Made by a program: the position numbers and the translations under genes. Shown here piece by piece: positions 13,335 to 29,559 of a DNA stretch of 64,000 bases (positions within the stretch are counted from its first letter, which is position 1; each line of letters starts with the position of its first letter). Under the pieces are notes generated by a model. It saw nothing but the letters and a program-made list of their open reading frames with translations, searched no databases and was not told the origin of the DNA. Source of the stretch: Octopus vulgaris (Eukaryota); NCBI GenBank assembly GCA_951406725.2, contig OX597835.1, forward strand, positions 27,404,001-27,468,000, written 5' to 3'.

Positions 13335-14875
13335 ATAAACAAAAAGTTAGGAAGCATAAGAGGTGAGTATATATATTTAACCAGATGACTTCCATAGGAG
13401 ATAATGGCCAGTTTGAAACCTTCTTCAGTATGGAAGAAATTATGCTGCCATGTTTGCATTAATATGTATGGTCAGCATTATACAATTCCATTGTATATTC
13501 ACAAATCAATGCAAATAAAGAAAGCTAGCTCATCAGATCACCAGAACATACATAGTACATGTATTACATACATACATACATACATACGAACATATGTAAC
13601 AATAAAACAACTAATTAAAAACATAAGTTACACAATTTATTCTTGAAATGTCCATCGATCCTTTCAAATATGTAAATGGCTTGTTTGTTTTAAGTCTAGT
13701 ATGATGTATATATATAAAACAAAAAAATGGAACAAGAATGTAACAGGTGACAACAAAGCATCCAGACACTTAGACGATACAGAAAAGGACAGGAAAAAAA
13801 CAAGGACAGGTCATTCAGAGCTTCATATCCTCAGTCGAGTTCCAGATCGTCTTTGCAGTTTCAACCGGTGTATATATATATATACACACATACATATATA
13901 TATATAATTATATATATATATACAAACACACACATATGTATATATCCACACACACATACATATAATTTGGTATGATTTGGGTTGCTTTTTAATTTTTGAA
14001 GTTTTAATTTGTAATATATATCTTGTTTCAATTTAGTATTTAGTTTAGTCTATTTCAATTTAATTTAGTAAAACATTTTTCTTCTCTTTATTTTCCTCAC
14101 TTCTTTTTTTTTTCTTTTGTTAACGTTTTCAAAGTTTTGAAAATTTGAAATAATAATGATGATAATAATAACAATAATAATAATGACAATATTATTATTA
14201 TTATCATTGTCATCATTGTTGTTATGTAATATAAGCTGTTGTTTTAGAGGCTCAAGTTCACATATAAACACTGTTTATGTAGACATATAAAACATGCCAA
14301 GATCATGATGTGAACCACATGAATTGAGACATGACAGCTAGAAGAGCAAATATAAAGATGCTATTTTTTTTGTTTTTGTTTTTTTTCTTCTTTCTATCTT
14401 TTTTAAAATTTTTTTTTGAATTATTTTTAAACCCAATCCAACAGCATAGCATACCTGCTTGAAAAAAATATAAAAAAAAATAACAAATTGATCCAGACAT
14501 AAAAGTAGATAGGGTAGAGAAATGGTGGTGGTGGTGGAGTGGTGGTACATGTAGGGAAAGGGAGAGGAGTTGGTGGTGCGTAAACTTCGAACCGTTGTGG
14601 GTGTGGTTTATGTTAGCGTTCATATATTATGCTAATAATGCAGAAAGCATTAAAATGTTAACTATGGATAATTATGTGGTCAGTGAGATAAGTTAACATG
14701 TTTAATTCAAAGCAGGGAAGTATTATAAAGCTAACAAGAAGTGACTTGAGGGAGGAGAGAGAGAGAGAGAGAGATGGGGAGAGAGAAAAAGTGAGAAAAG
14801 AGATATGTTAACATTAACGTATATAACAGGAGGGAGTATTCTAAAGCTAAATACATTAATTCAATTATGAGCTAA

Positions 14876-14923
14876 AATAGATAGATAGATAGATAGACAT
14901 AGATAGATAAACAGATGTACAGA

Positions 14924-14964
<41 letters not shown>

Positions 14965-15102
14965 CAGACAGAAAGAAATACAGATAGATAGATAAACAGA
15001 TGTACAGAATAGATAGATAGATAGATAGATAGATAGACAGACATAGATAGATAGATAGATAGACAGACGGAAAGAAAGACAGATAGATAAACATGTACAG
15101 AT

Positions 15103-15135
<33 letters not shown>

Positions 15136-15202
15136 GTACAGACATAGATCTATAGAAAACAGATAGGCAGACAGACAGATAGCTAGATAGACAGCTGTAC
15201 TG

Positions 15203-15248
<46 letters not shown>
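14876..15248. repeat. (GATA)n/(GACA)n compound microsatellite with a unit of about 85 bp
   Basis: (AGAT)n blocks separated by recurring aaacagatgtacaga. Confidence 0.95.
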
Positions 15249-17114
15249 GTCAGTAGGTGAGAGGAAACCTATTTAATACAAAGGAAAAATTGGTGAAACA
15301 GACAGTTAATGTTAACATAATACATGAGCCTTACAAAGCTATCATCAAGAAATGACTATATCTTTTATCTATTTCAGTCATTAGAGTGTGGCCACGCTGG
15401 GGCATTGCCTTGAAGAACTTTTAGTCAAATGAATTAATAGTATTAATTCTATTGATCTTTTTGCCAAAGACAAAAATTGTTTTGCCAAACAAAAAATATT
15501 TAGTCAGTGATTATTATTATTATCATTATTATTATTATTAGTAGTAGTAGTAGTAGTAGTAGCGATAGTAGTAGTATTTTAACTGTTACTTAACCACAGT
15601 GGAGAAGTAGTGAAGATGGGGAGATGAGAATAAAGTATTTTAGAGCTGTGTAGAGCAGGGGTAGGTGTAAGGGGGATTGTGGGGGCAGGGATAGTAAGAG
15701 TGGTGATGGTGCTGGATTTTGTCTGGGTGGTGGTGGTGGTGGTGGAGGAAGAAGAGGAGGAGAATGGTTACGAAGAGGAATAAAAGGTGAGAAAAAAGAA
15801 CGACAACGACAAATGACGACAACAACAACAAAAACAAAGAATTAAAATGTATATCAACCAATCAATCGATCAATCAATCAATCAACCCAAATAACCAATC
15901 AATAATAGATCAATTTCAATCAGGCAATAAAGAAATGTTATTCCAACATAGAAAAAAAAAAAAAAGAATATTTTTTTTTAAGAATGACCATTTTTAAACG
16001 ATTACTTTCAGTTACACAGAAACTGGTATAAATAATGTAAATAATATTCTTTTTGTTTTTTTAAATCAGTGACACCGAAAAAAAACAAACAAAAAAACAA
16101 TAAAATCCCAGGAATTATCCCCGCCCCCGCCAAGGCTTTTTTGTTAAAAAAAAAGCAATATTTTTAATACTTTTCTTTTCTCTTTTAATTGTTGTTTTTG
16201 TTTATTTTTATTTTTATTTTCGTATTTATTCTTGATAACATTTTACTATTATTTATATATATATTTTGTTTTTTTATTTTCATTTTTTTCCTGGTGTTTA
16301 AGGTGTGGTGATGGTGGTGTTGGTGGTGGGGGAGAAGTTGTTTTCTTTACTTTTTTTTCTCTTTAAATCTTAACAATCACAAGTGTTTTTTTTCTTATTC
16401 TTTTTCTTTTCTTCTGGAGGAAAAAAAAATTTTTTTCGGAAGAAATACTTGAATAAAAACAAAACAACAACAACAACAACAAAAATAACAAAAAAAATGA
16501 GACTCTGGCCTCCCTGCCCCCACCCCCACCATCAATAAGAATTTGTGGGTTGGAAGGGGCAATAAAAAAATCCAAAAAAACAAGCAACAGGTGTCAAGTA
16601 TTATTAAGTTCTAAAGAGAACCGCCTTGAAATAGAACAGTAATAGGTTTTATTCATTTTTTTTGTTGAATTTTTTTGCTGTAATCTATATATATATATTT
16701 TTTTAATTTTAAATTTTAATTAATTTTTCTAAGGTTTGCAAGTTTGCATTCTTTCAAGATAGAATTTTCCTTACAGAAAACCCTCTTTCTCTATTTCTCT
16801 CTCTTTCTCTCCCTCATCCACACACACACATTCTCTCTCTCTCTCGCTCTCACTCTCTCATTTTCTTTCCTTCTCTCTCTCTCTATCTCTTACCCTGTCG
16901 CTCATGCTCCCAAATATGTCATGCATAGCTAAGTTGTACAAATCGTGAAAATAAAACTTTTGTCAAACTTACATGCAAATTTTTAAAACTTACATGTATT
17001 TTCGTTATTTTTTTTTGTTTTGTTTTTAATGAGTTTTAAACACTTTCAAAATATTAAATTAATAAACCATATTCAGAGAATGTGTTTATATTATTTTGCA
17101 TTGTTTTTTTAACA

Positions 17115-17156
<42 letters not shown>

Positions 17157-20100
17157 TATATACATATATATATATATCTAGTATTATGCATTTTCCTGCA
17201 GTGTCCATCCTGGTACTTTTTTTCTTTATTAGTAGATTTCAACAAGATGCATTTATAATGCACCTAATCAAGAGAATTTAAAAAAACAGAAATCTCAATT
17301 CACAAACATTTAATGAATAACCGTTTTTTTTTTCTCAAAAATTGATGAAAATACAATGAAAATAATAATAATATTTTTATCTTTTCTTCTTTACAGTCCA
17401 TTCTTCTTTTGCACCATAACATTATTTTATTTTATGTTATTTTTTTTCCTTTAGTGACAATATCAATATGGAATAATTTCTTGAAGTAGAACAAAAAGAA
17501 AAAGAAAAAAGAAAGGAAAAAGAAAAGAAAAATATTGTAATATGTTTAAATAGAATAGATTGGATTTAATTGGAGTTTAATTGTATTCTTAAACAGGCAA
17601 CAAAACCTGTTGGTTTAAGGGAAGAGAAATTGCAAATGTTTTCATCTTTATCCCAAAGGCATTAGTACCATTAGTGGAGCAAAATGGTACCAGCCGGGAT
17701 TTATGACTGAATTACAGACTTAGTTTGCCAAATGAATTTTACTCCAAGGTGCCCGGCACATGTTTTAATCGGAGTAATGACCTATGGTTTATGTTTAAAA
17801 TGAAAGGTTTTTTGTTTTTTTTTTAGATATTCAGTCTGAACTGAAATTCAAGGAGAAATATACTAAAAAAAAAAAAAGGACAATGAAGAAAAATTAAAAA
17901 AAAACATTTTCTTTTACAATTCAAATATTTGTTTAATTTTTCTCTTTTTCTTTTTTAAAGCGCAAGTTTTATAGTTGAAAGAGGAAAAAAAAAAATATGT
18001 AACTGTCTTAGATATTGGATGAATAAACCACAGCAAAGTTAGTTTACCAAATGCAGACAAATAGTTTCACATCTAATTCAATGAGTTTCATTGAAAAAAA
18101 GGAAACATGATTCCATGCGACTGTTTCTTAATTGAAATTTAGATTTTTTTTTCTTTTTTGAAAGACAAAAATACATTTAAAGTTTGAAACATATGAGATA
18201 GAATATAAATAGTAAAGAATTTAATAAATTAACAGTCTAGTCTACAATAATTAAAAAAAAAATTAATATATTCTTTTATTTCTGAAGTCTTTGGATTGAT
18301 ACTTTGCAAGAAAAAAATCATTAGTAAACAACAAAGTGAGAGAAATCATTTATAGATTGTATGTACAAAAATATTCAGTTGGAAAATCTTAAGCTTTTAA
18401 AGAAAAGAAAAAGAAAAGACTCCATCTTTTTCCTCTTAGTTTAGTTTTATTATTTAAAAAAATAATTACATAAAAAAAACAGAAAGAGGAGCTTCAGATA
18501 GTATTTAACAATGCTTGAAGAAGTTGACTTGAGTTAAAACAGAAAAAGAGGAGAGTATGTTGAAGTTAAACCAGACTGCACAGTGGTAAATAGGCAAGGT
18601 TGATAATGGTGCCATCAACGTCAGAGGGGAGAAGAAATTTAGCCGAAAGTTGGAAATGTTTTAGTTGGAATAGACTTAATAGGTTAGACATTGGTGAAGA
18701 TTATAATCACATTTGGTGATGGCATCATATTCAAATCATGCTATTTGTCCAAATGCACGTGCAACTTCCACCTCTTAAATGTTTTCCTTACAAATCAACT
18801 CCCAAACTGTTCAGGTAAAAACAAAATATTTCACTTAAACGTTTATATAACAGAACCTTGCAGTTCCGATGTCTAAAAGTTGTTACAAAATAAAGAGAAA
18901 ATATACTGTTCAAATGTTTACATACATCCCCCTAATAATATACCCTCAATGAAAATGTTTTAACTAATTCTATAACATAGAGAATTAAATTTGTTCTTTA
19001 AGTCCCGGTTTTAGTCGCATGCAGCCATGTTTGATGGTTTGGTGTCATAAAATTGAATTTTGTCCAAAGAGTTTAGCTTCCTCTCAGAAGTAAGACCTCT
19101 TTATCGACTCATTTTTACCTCAATGGCAGGATTGCATTGTTTGATCTGGATTTCAGCTGACATACCAGACTGCCTTCGAACTCCGAAAGAGAAACTTTAT
19201 GATCCAAATTCTTAAACTAAATAAACCAAGCAAAATGAATGCTTTCAATTAACAATCTACCATTTTGACTTAACAGAACTAAAAGAGACCATTATACTAT
19301 GTAAAGTCAACCTCAACTTTATACCACGGAGTCAATCAGACACAGAGTAACAATGTTTCTTTTGAAATTTTGCAGTTAAAAACAAAAGATGAAACACATG
19401 CTCAAAAATTCTTGAGTAATGGTAGAAAATATTACACCTAATCCAAATGTAATTATATAATAACGAAGAGGCACATACGCACACACATGTATACCAAAGG
19501 GATTAAAGATCCAATATCAATCCAAGATAGAATTTTTTTTTTAAGAACACCATTAAAAAAGAGCTTAGTAAAGCAAGGAGTATCATAGAGTACTTTCTGT
19601 GTTATAGAGTATAAAGAAATACTCAAACAAAAATTTAAACCAATGTTCATAAGATTTCCTGGTTAGGACTAAACAATACGGAATGTTAGAAACCATCATG
19701 GGGTGAAGTAGTAGGTATCACAAAACAAGGACCGAGGAAAAAATTGTTGAAGATAAACTTTCATAAAATAATAAGACTGGGAGAAAAACAAAAGATCTTC
19801 AACCATTTTGTTTACTTGTTTCTGTCACTGGACTACGGCCATGCTGGGGCACCACCTTGAAAGATTTAGTTGAATAAACTGACCCTAGAACTTATTTTTT
19901 TAAAAGCCTGGTACTTATTCTATCAATCTCTTTTGCTGAACTGTTGAGTTGCAGAATTACAGGAGAAAAATAAAATCTGTTTCAATGAAAGTAGAATAAG
20001 AACAAAAACAAAAAAAATTGTGATCTTGAAAAATAAATTCCTTATACCATTTAGAATATGTTCGACTTTTGACCCTAATGAATGCTTCTTACATATTGTG

Positions 20101-21161
20101 TTGATTTCAAATTTTGGCACAAGGCCAGCAAGTTTGGGGGAGAGGAGAAATCGATTCCATCAACCCCAGTGATAAACTGGTACTCTTTTTATCAACCCTG
20201 AGAGGAAGAAAGGCAAAGTCAACCTTGGCAAAATTTGAACTCAGAATGTGAAGATGAGCAAAATGTTTAGCAGCATTTTGCCCGGCGTGCTAATGACTCT
20301 GCCAACTTGCTGCCTTGCTACATGTTATATTTCATGCAGATAATATTAATTTCTTAAAGGGCCATGAAATTGCGAATTCTTGTGAGGGAGTGGAAAATGA
20401 GATTGTTAAGAGCAGTAATATCCCGCATGAAATATATTGGTTACATGGAATCAAAATTGGTCTTTATGTACCAATTTAGTCCAAAGATTAACTCTGCTCT
20501 TTAGCATATAAAACCAATTCCTAAGGAAACAAGATGGCTTTTGTCTGCAAAAATTATTCAGTTAAACTTGTGTACCACAGGGAGGCAAGAGTTTTCATAT
20601 TTAGAAGGAAAAACACAAATACAAAAAAAATATTTTTCCTCTCTTTATCGGAAACCTCCAGGATTCTTTTCTACCTATAGCATACAAACTGACCCAAATA
20701 TATATACTGTATATATATTTGGGTAAGTTACATCATGGAAAGCAGACATTAAAAAATGAGGTACCCAATAGTAATAACTGACACAAACTAATGTTTATGC
20801 TTGTGAAAAAAAAAAAAAAAAAGAAAAAGAAAAATGGTGGTGGGTGTGAAATTTGGTCCTAATTAAAGAAAAAAAACAGGAAGATTTATTTTTCTGCTCA
20901 GAAATAACAGATCTGTGAAGTATAAATATAGAATTCTGAAAACGTAAGTAACTTTGAATAACTTCAAATGTCTTTGGGATAAATTTCTTAAGCAGCATTC
21001 TGCTATAAGAAGATCAATATTTTATGTTTAAAATCATTTTGTTTAATTAGCTACCTTAAGCTTGAAGCAGTTAACTATTTCATACTCAACTCATTTATAT
21101 TCTTCACAGCTTCACAAGGAAGAAGATTCCAATATCAGAAATTTAATTGAGTCAGATGATG

Positions 21162-21196
<35 letters not shown>

Positions 21197-21435
21197 TAAT
21201 AATAATAATCCTTTCTACTAAAGGCACAGGGCCTGAAAGTTTTGGGGAGGGAACTAGTTGATTACACCAACCCCCGCATTTCACTGATACTTAATTTATC
21301 AACTCCAAAAGGATGAAAGGTAAAGTTGACCTCAGCGGAATTTGAACTCAGAACGGAAAGACGGACGAAATGCCACAAAGCATCTCACACAGCATGCTAA
21401 CAATTCTGCCAGTTCACTGCCTTAATAAGAATAAC

Positions 21436-21468
<33 letters not shown>

Positions 21469-21536
21469 AAGAAGAAGAAGAAGAAGAAGAAAGCATGAGT
21501 GAATATGGTATTTTCTGAAATAGGAATTGTAATTGA

Positions 21537-21580
<44 letters not shown>

Positions 21581-22270
21581 CTAATGACTTGAGAAAATAA
21601 GTTTTTTTTAAAATTTAAATAAAAAACTAGAGGCCTTGGAATTATAATACAAGAAAGACTAGAGATAAAAACAAGATGCGAGAGGCAGATGAAGTGAAAA
21701 TAATTTTCATCAAGTCACCTATAGCTTCTCTCCATAACAAAAACAACATCCCTAACATTTTAATTTGTTTCATTACTGCTTTCCTTTCGGTAGATGTTTA
21801 GGAATTAATTTTTCTAAGACAGAAATCAAATAATGAAAATTATAGAAGGGAAGCAGATTATGTTGTTGTCATTGTTGCTAAGCCCCAAGTCAGCCCTGAA
21901 CCAACAGACTTATGATCAAAGGCATTCTAGTCATGACCATCCCTAGGGCTACATTATCCTGTGTGTCCTTTCCTAATTAGTAAATTAGCTTCTGTTTCCA
22001 GCATTTTGGACAATTATGTGGAATTTCCATCACTGGCTGGACCAAAAATTTGTGTTCTTTGTTTGGTAGAGAAATAGAGATGTTCAAGAAAGCAACAGAA
22101 TGATCAGAGAGAATGTACCTAACGAGAGTAGGAATTGTTGATAGAGAAGATAATTTCCCTTTATAGAATTCTATATAATAATTTTGAGGTAAGTATATCT
22201 ATATATGTAACTGAAACTATTAATTTTTTTTTTAATCAATCTCAGACAATAAGCCTTTAGTTATACTTAA

Positions 22271-22482
22271 CCCTTTAGTGTTCTGATTATTCTATCAAAC
22301 TTATTGATTCACATTGATTTGAATTAATCATGCATTATCTCATATCTTCAAGATCTTGATGGTGTAATTACCTAATGTAGAATAACATTGTAGGGTAGGT
22401 GTGAGAGCCTGGATCTGGTCATTTTGAACATAAAACAGATTAAATATTTTGGCCGGATATGGCCAGTTTAAATACTAAAGGG
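22271..22482. mobile_element. piggyBac-like MITE, second subfamily (partial reverse copy at about 880-1088)
   Basis: TTAA-CCCTTTAGTGTT...AATACTAAAGGG-TTAA. Confidence 0.75.
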
Positions 22483-25144
22483 TTAAACATCATTTATGCT
22501 CTAAAGCTGACCCCTCACTCTCAGTAGTCCTCATCCATTGCGACCACCTCTTCTCCGTTTCTCTGATACCATCTTCAAACTAACATTCATTCGTCATTTC
22601 TCTCCCTGAACTGAAACTTGCATTGATTTCCACTGTGATGACATTACAGGAAGAGTAATTATAATTTTAAAGAAAGGAAAGAAATATTCTTCATGTATAT
22701 CAAAAGGAAAAAATTAAAGTACTTTCGCATTTCACAGTTTTATAATTTTTAATTTTGCTTAGAAATGTTTAAAAGTTATTAAACATTTATTAAAGTCATT
22801 TTATTATCTATTTATTTTCATCTTCCTTATAAATGTTTAAAAATCTATTTCTCTAATTTCTTTTCATTTCCTTTTCTTATTTCACTATTTATAACTTCCA
22901 AACTTTCTTTAAAAGTTTGGAAAATATCACTGGAAAATGTAATTGATGAGATAACGTAAATATATTTTGAGGCAAACTTAGAGAAAACTGCCTTCCAGAG
23001 GCTGGTATTTCTCCAGATGTTTATAAAAGGCATTGATATCACATTTATTCTATTGATTGTATAAAACTGGTTTAAACAGAAAAAATGCAATTGTCAGCTA
23101 ATCAAAACTTATTCTATTTTTTACTCGGCATATTATTCAAAATAACAAAATTAGAACACATTAGTCAGTAGATGTAGAAAAACACCAGACTAGATACTTC
23201 ATGCTACCTTGTATGGAATGCTTTATATTTTTGTATTTAAATTGTGACATATTTTTGCATTTTAATCTATCCGTGATTGTTAACATAGGTACCAGTAAAA
23301 TAAATTACTGGGGAGGAGGATGGGGGTCTATTTCATCAACTATACAACCTTCTTCATTCCTTCCCGTGCAGATATTCCCCCAAAATAACAACACCACCAA
23401 AATGAAAAAAAAACAAACGAAGAGCCTCGTGCCCAGATAAAATTAATCATGATATTCCAACAGCAAATGAAGAAACATTAAACAGTTCCTGCCTAACAAA
23501 ACCTTGATTAGAACTGCCACAGTCAAACGGAACAATTTAGTGAAATGTGTGTAATATCTTAAGATAGATGAAGAATTTACACCAACATACAGCAGAACAG
23601 ACAATCGTATTTTTGAGAAAGTGGTGATTTTTACTCACTCGTGTAGGAACAAAAGAAAGTGTCTGAAAAATTTATTATTATTCTACCAGTGACTTTTATA
23701 TATTTATTTTTTTTTTTTGCTTTCACCATTAATTCAATAGCTTCAGGTGTGTGTGTATGGGTGTTTCAAAGGTAAAAATAAAGGAATTTTTAAAAATCCA
23801 ATTAATTTTAATAATGAATTTAACGACAAATGAATACAAATTCCAACAGCAGTAATCACACACAAAAGAAAATCATAACAAACTTATTTTTTTCAATATA
23901 TAACTAGATAATTAAACAATTAAATAAATAAAGCTTTTTTTCTTTTTTTTTTTTTAGAAAGTTTGTTATGAAGGGTAGTTATTTAAGGATAATTTATTAT
24001 AAAACTTCATACCTCATATAATAATTTTATATATTCAATTAGAGGTTCTTAATAACCATTATCATTATCAGCAGCAGAAAACAGTCATGTTGGTATTACT
24101 GTTGTTGTTGTTATTATTGATGCTGCTAGTGGAGTGCTGGTGGTGGGAGTGATAGGGTGAGGGTAGTAACTGTGATAATAATAGCCATGGACGCTCAGAA
24201 CGAAATGGCATTTATTTATGGCCACTTTTGTTTTCAGTTCTTCAGTTTCAAAGACTTTTCTTTGAAACCCAGCAACAACATTAACTGTGTTGATTTCACC
24301 GGTCTCGGAGGGCCTAGCACAGGCCACGAGGCCCTAAGCACAGTTCCTTCCTCAGACAAACCAACCCGATAAGAAGAAACCCATACCACCAACAAACACC
24401 TGATATTACTAATTTTGGTAGCAGAGAAGAATTTTTAATTTTAAAATTTTAAAATTATTTTCTGCCGTCATGTTAGAAAAGCCAAGAGACATTCTCCATC
24501 ACAGAAATTATCCGTATTTCTAATTTAATTAAGAGTTTTCTAAATTCACTAAGAAATACAAATATTATATGCCAAAGATGTCAACAATTTATGTTTACAC
24601 TGATGGTGCAAAATGATTTTTTTTTCTATTATTTAACAAAGATCCTTTCAACAAGTATTAACTTTGTAAACTAAGTGCAAAAGTACCCACCAAAAACCAT
24701 AGAATTATGCAAAACCTTAAATAGTCATAACAAAGAAAAAAAAATGCAAACATTTTGGATTAAAAAAAACAACCAACAACAAAGGGCAGTTTATTATGAA
24801 ATTTAACTGCATTGAGTCACTGCTGCAAAAACGCAAAAAAATATATATTTTCAAGAAATGGTTTCTTAAGATTTCACAAGTTTTTATTTTTAGTAAAAAT
24901 ATAATTATTGTTGACTGAAGTGAGTTAATGAAACTAAATATTTAATTAAATAACAACAAAGAGTAAATGAATATATTAAAGCATAACATTGCATATATAT
25001 ATGTGTGAATGTATGTATATATATATATATGTACATAATACATATAAATACATATATATATATAAATATAATATATATATATGCATGCATGTGTATATAT
25101 GTATATATACACATATATACATACACATACATATATATATGTGA

Positions 25145-25248
<104 letters not shown>

Positions 25249-25525
25249 GTGCATATATAATACACACACACACATATATACAAACATATATATACATGCA
25301 CACACACACACATATGTGTGTATGTAAGTAGGTAAGTTTACAAAGGTAAGAAAAATTGCTAAATTCTTGATGTAAAGTGTAAATTTATAATGCATGGGAT
25401 AATTTATTCTGCTGAAACTTAGACTTTTGTGCAGGATATGCTCAATGGGTGTAGCATAACCTGACTGAAAGGATGAGGTGTGAATCTCTGAGCAGCAACA
25501 GAATCAATCATAAACAGACACTACG

Positions 25526-25575
<50 letters not shown>

Positions 25576-25578
25576 CAC

Positions 25579-25633
<55 letters not shown>

Positions 25634-25650
25634 TGCATACATACATATCT

Positions 25651-25687
<37 letters not shown>

Positions 25688-25937
25688 CACATATATATGA
25701 AAGAATGGAGCTGATGTGAATTTGCTACCCAGGTATCGGTTAATTCGAATTATCCTTAATAAGATAATTCATTCAACTACTCAAATATACACATATATAT
25801 ATACATATGTACACACATATATATATACACACATGTATATACATACATATACAAACATACACACATATATACATGTAAAAATATACATATATATATATAC
25901 ACACACACATATATATACATATACAAACATACATTTA

Positions 25938-25969
<32 letters not shown>

Positions 25970-26418
25970 GACGCACATACACACACGTATATATTATTTA
26001 AACTGCTTGCCTCTATCGTGACTTGAGTTTCATGCTACAGTGATCATAAGGTGAGAAACAGTGATGTGAAACACAAGTCATGAGAAACGATTTCAGTTTC
26101 AACAAGCTATATACTAGATATTAACTATATATCAAAAAGAAAAACTCTCTTCCTCACCAGTCAAAAAAACAAAACAGAAACGTCTAATGCCTCAATATAC
26201 TATATATACGTATATCAGTATGGTTTTCATGAAGCATTGTCTGATGTATACATAAAAATGTTATAGAGATGCTTTTTAAAGCCAAAACTATGCAAGTTAT
26301 AAAAAAATTAATAATATAGGTCAATGGTAAGTATTATTACCAGATAACAGTGCTAACCATCAACCTGTATTAGTAACTTGTTATAACTTGCATTGTTTTG
26401 ACTGTAAAAGTATTTAAT

Positions 26419-26449
<31 letters not shown>

Positions 26450-26963
26450 TACATTCATATATCATATACACATACCGGTAGAGATGCATACATACAGACA
26501 TTCACACGCATGTACACATGTATATTCATGCATATTTATTATACATGTGTGTGTGTATGCATATATATATATATATGTGTGTGTGTGTGTATGTGTGTAT
26601 GTATGTATAAAACATACATGAATATGTATCTAAGTACATACATACAAAAATGTATATATGCACAGATAGACACACATGCATACACACAAAAATATATGCA
26701 TATATTTCCGCACACACATAAATGAGCATATATACAAATACACACATATATGCATATGCAAATATGAATGTGTGTGTGTACATACATACATATATATATA
26801 TGTATATACATATATATATATAAACAAATGTATATAAATAGCTATACACACACAAATGTATATGTAAATATGTATATATATATTCATATGCATATATATG
26901 TATTTATTCATGTTTGTATGTATGTATATATATACACACACACATACATATAGACATATGCAC

Positions 26964-26996
<33 letters not shown>

Positions 26997-27022
26997 CATA
27001 CATACATACATATATACATACA

Positions 27023-27119
<97 letters not shown>

Positions 27120-28114
27120 ACAACAGAATATATGTATATATTGAAATTATTAAGCTATATAAAAAAATATCACAATATATTTGATATATTTGAGATTTGA
27201 GAAAATTCAAAATAATTTTCTTTTCTCCGTAGAATGTCGGAAGTGCCTAATTTAAAACTTCATGTAACTTTATAACTATGGAATGCTAAAATAAATAAAT
27301 AATAATAATAATAATTATAAAAATAATAATAATTATAAATTCATAAAATTGTAAACTAATTTTAGCAACTTTAAATAATACAGGAGGGAGAAAGCTACAT
27401 TAATGAAAAGTTTATAATAAAAACTGTTGAAAGAGAACGCAAAGCTAAGTAACTTCTATATGGAGAACATGAATATTTATGTATTTTTTGTAGCAACATC
27501 TCAGGGAAATAGTAATCTTATGTTTTCTTTTTTTTTTGTTTTGTTTTCAATATAGTACTATATATTTATACACAGTCGACATGTGAGTTCTTAAAACTGA
27601 TTATGAAAGCACCAAGATGATTTTGAAGGTAATTATCTTGTCAGTGGTATTAACATAAACCATCTTTGAATGCTTGAAAGTTATTACCATCATTTTTATT
27701 ATTATCATTATTATTATCATTACGTTTTTGTTTGTTTTACAGAGCACCATTTATTAAGGAAAAAAAAATGCTGTTTTGAAGAATGAAAGAAAACTACTAG
27801 CCCGAAATAAACCAAGACGTCAAATTGAACCTACCATCTTTCTTTCTATATTATAATACTTTTTCTACCAGCAAGAGAAGTGTAAAAAAACCAAAAAACC
27901 AATTATGACTGTTTTTGAAGAATTCCTTTAGACATAAGAAAGCTAATCCAATATGAAATTGATGATTAAATAAACAAAGTATTATATTTAGAAATCCACA
28001 GATATAGAAAACAAAAAACAGAATACGACCAATACCTTCTTAGAAATAGAAACTTATAATTTCTTATATTTCCTTTATAATAACAATAACAATAATAACA
28101 ATAATAATAATAAC

Positions 28115-28155
<41 letters not shown>

Positions 28156-29559
28156 TAATAGTTAATAATAATAATAATAATAGTAAAGATAGTTAGATGT
28201 CCCTATTAAAACACTTTAGTAAACAAACAATTTTAACGCTTAAATAATTTTTAATTTTGAAATCATTGGAGTTTAAGGCAGAGAGATAGTCAGCTAGCCA
28301 GCAGTCCAAGATTTAAAATAGAAAGAGGTAAATGTGTTAAAAATAGGAGAAAAAAAAGGAAAAGGAAAAAAAGAAAACCCATTAAAAAAAGTGTTTGTAT
28401 TTTGTGAACAATCACTTTTTACTTTTTGTTACAGTTTTTGTTTTTTGTTTTGTTATATTTTTGTTTTGTTGTCACTCATTTCTGAAGGTTTAACATGAAT
28501 GCCAACATTCATGGTTCAATGGTTGGTTAGTTAGTTAGTTGGTCGGTTGGTTCATCAATAACCAATAAAATAATCAGCAATAAAATGGTTGAACCACTTT
28601 GAAGTTTCTAAAGGAACACTTTTCCCCCCACACTAAACTTTTTAACCGATTTTAACGTTGGAATTTTAAAACCGAGAAATAAATAACGAAATACCATTAG
28701 TATTATTCAGAATCATACAAAGCTGCATATATATATCACACTGCCAGGAATTGTATGTTGGGGGTTTGGTTTGTGTTTTGTTTTTATAAAGATGGAGAAC
28801 ATTATTTTGAGCATATCAACGAATATTAGTCAACTTTGGCAGTAAAGTTTTATGTCAAATTATACTTTAAAAAAAAAATCAGGGTTAAAGTTAAGTAACA
28901 TGCAAAAAAAATATTAATAATAATAATAATAATAATCATTTACTGTACTCACTATTATTTTATAACGATATAACTGGAAGTTCTGCGTTCATTATTTCTT
29001 TTTTTCTTTGTTTCATTTTTGTTTCTCTTCTTTATAAATTTTTAACAAAAATCGCTTCATAAATTAGCCCAATTATTATAAATAAATGGAGAAACTCATG
29101 GAACAATTAACTCTATGGGGGTGGAGCGGGGAAAGGAAATTAACAATAAAATATTTATCTGCTTAAAAGTACACCCTCCTTCTCAGGAACCCGGGTATTA
29201 TGGTAATTTTAGTGACTGAAAAGCACAACATAATAGAGATGAATGAGATACAGTAAGTAAAACAATCATCGTTATTAAGTTAATTAATACCTATCATAGG
29301 TAGTAATCAGCAAAATTAAAATTTCCACATATTTACCCCAGACAACTTTTCATCGTAAAAGAGCATATGATTATATATATATATGTATATATATAAAAAC
29401 AAACAAAAAAAAAAACCAACAATCAACCATATGCCCATGCGGATGAAATAATGGGTTTCTTTAAAAAATTAGGCATACTTTTTTTTTTAAACTTATTTTA
29501 GGAATCTGATATTAAGTGACAACTGAGAGAAAAAAACACTTCAAAAATGCGTTTGAATT

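Noticed and set aside
24085-24372. Overlapping ORFs of 80 aa (minus) and 71 aa (plus) in the putative UTR
   Set aside because: No recognisable domain and partly low complexity; treated as non-coding.
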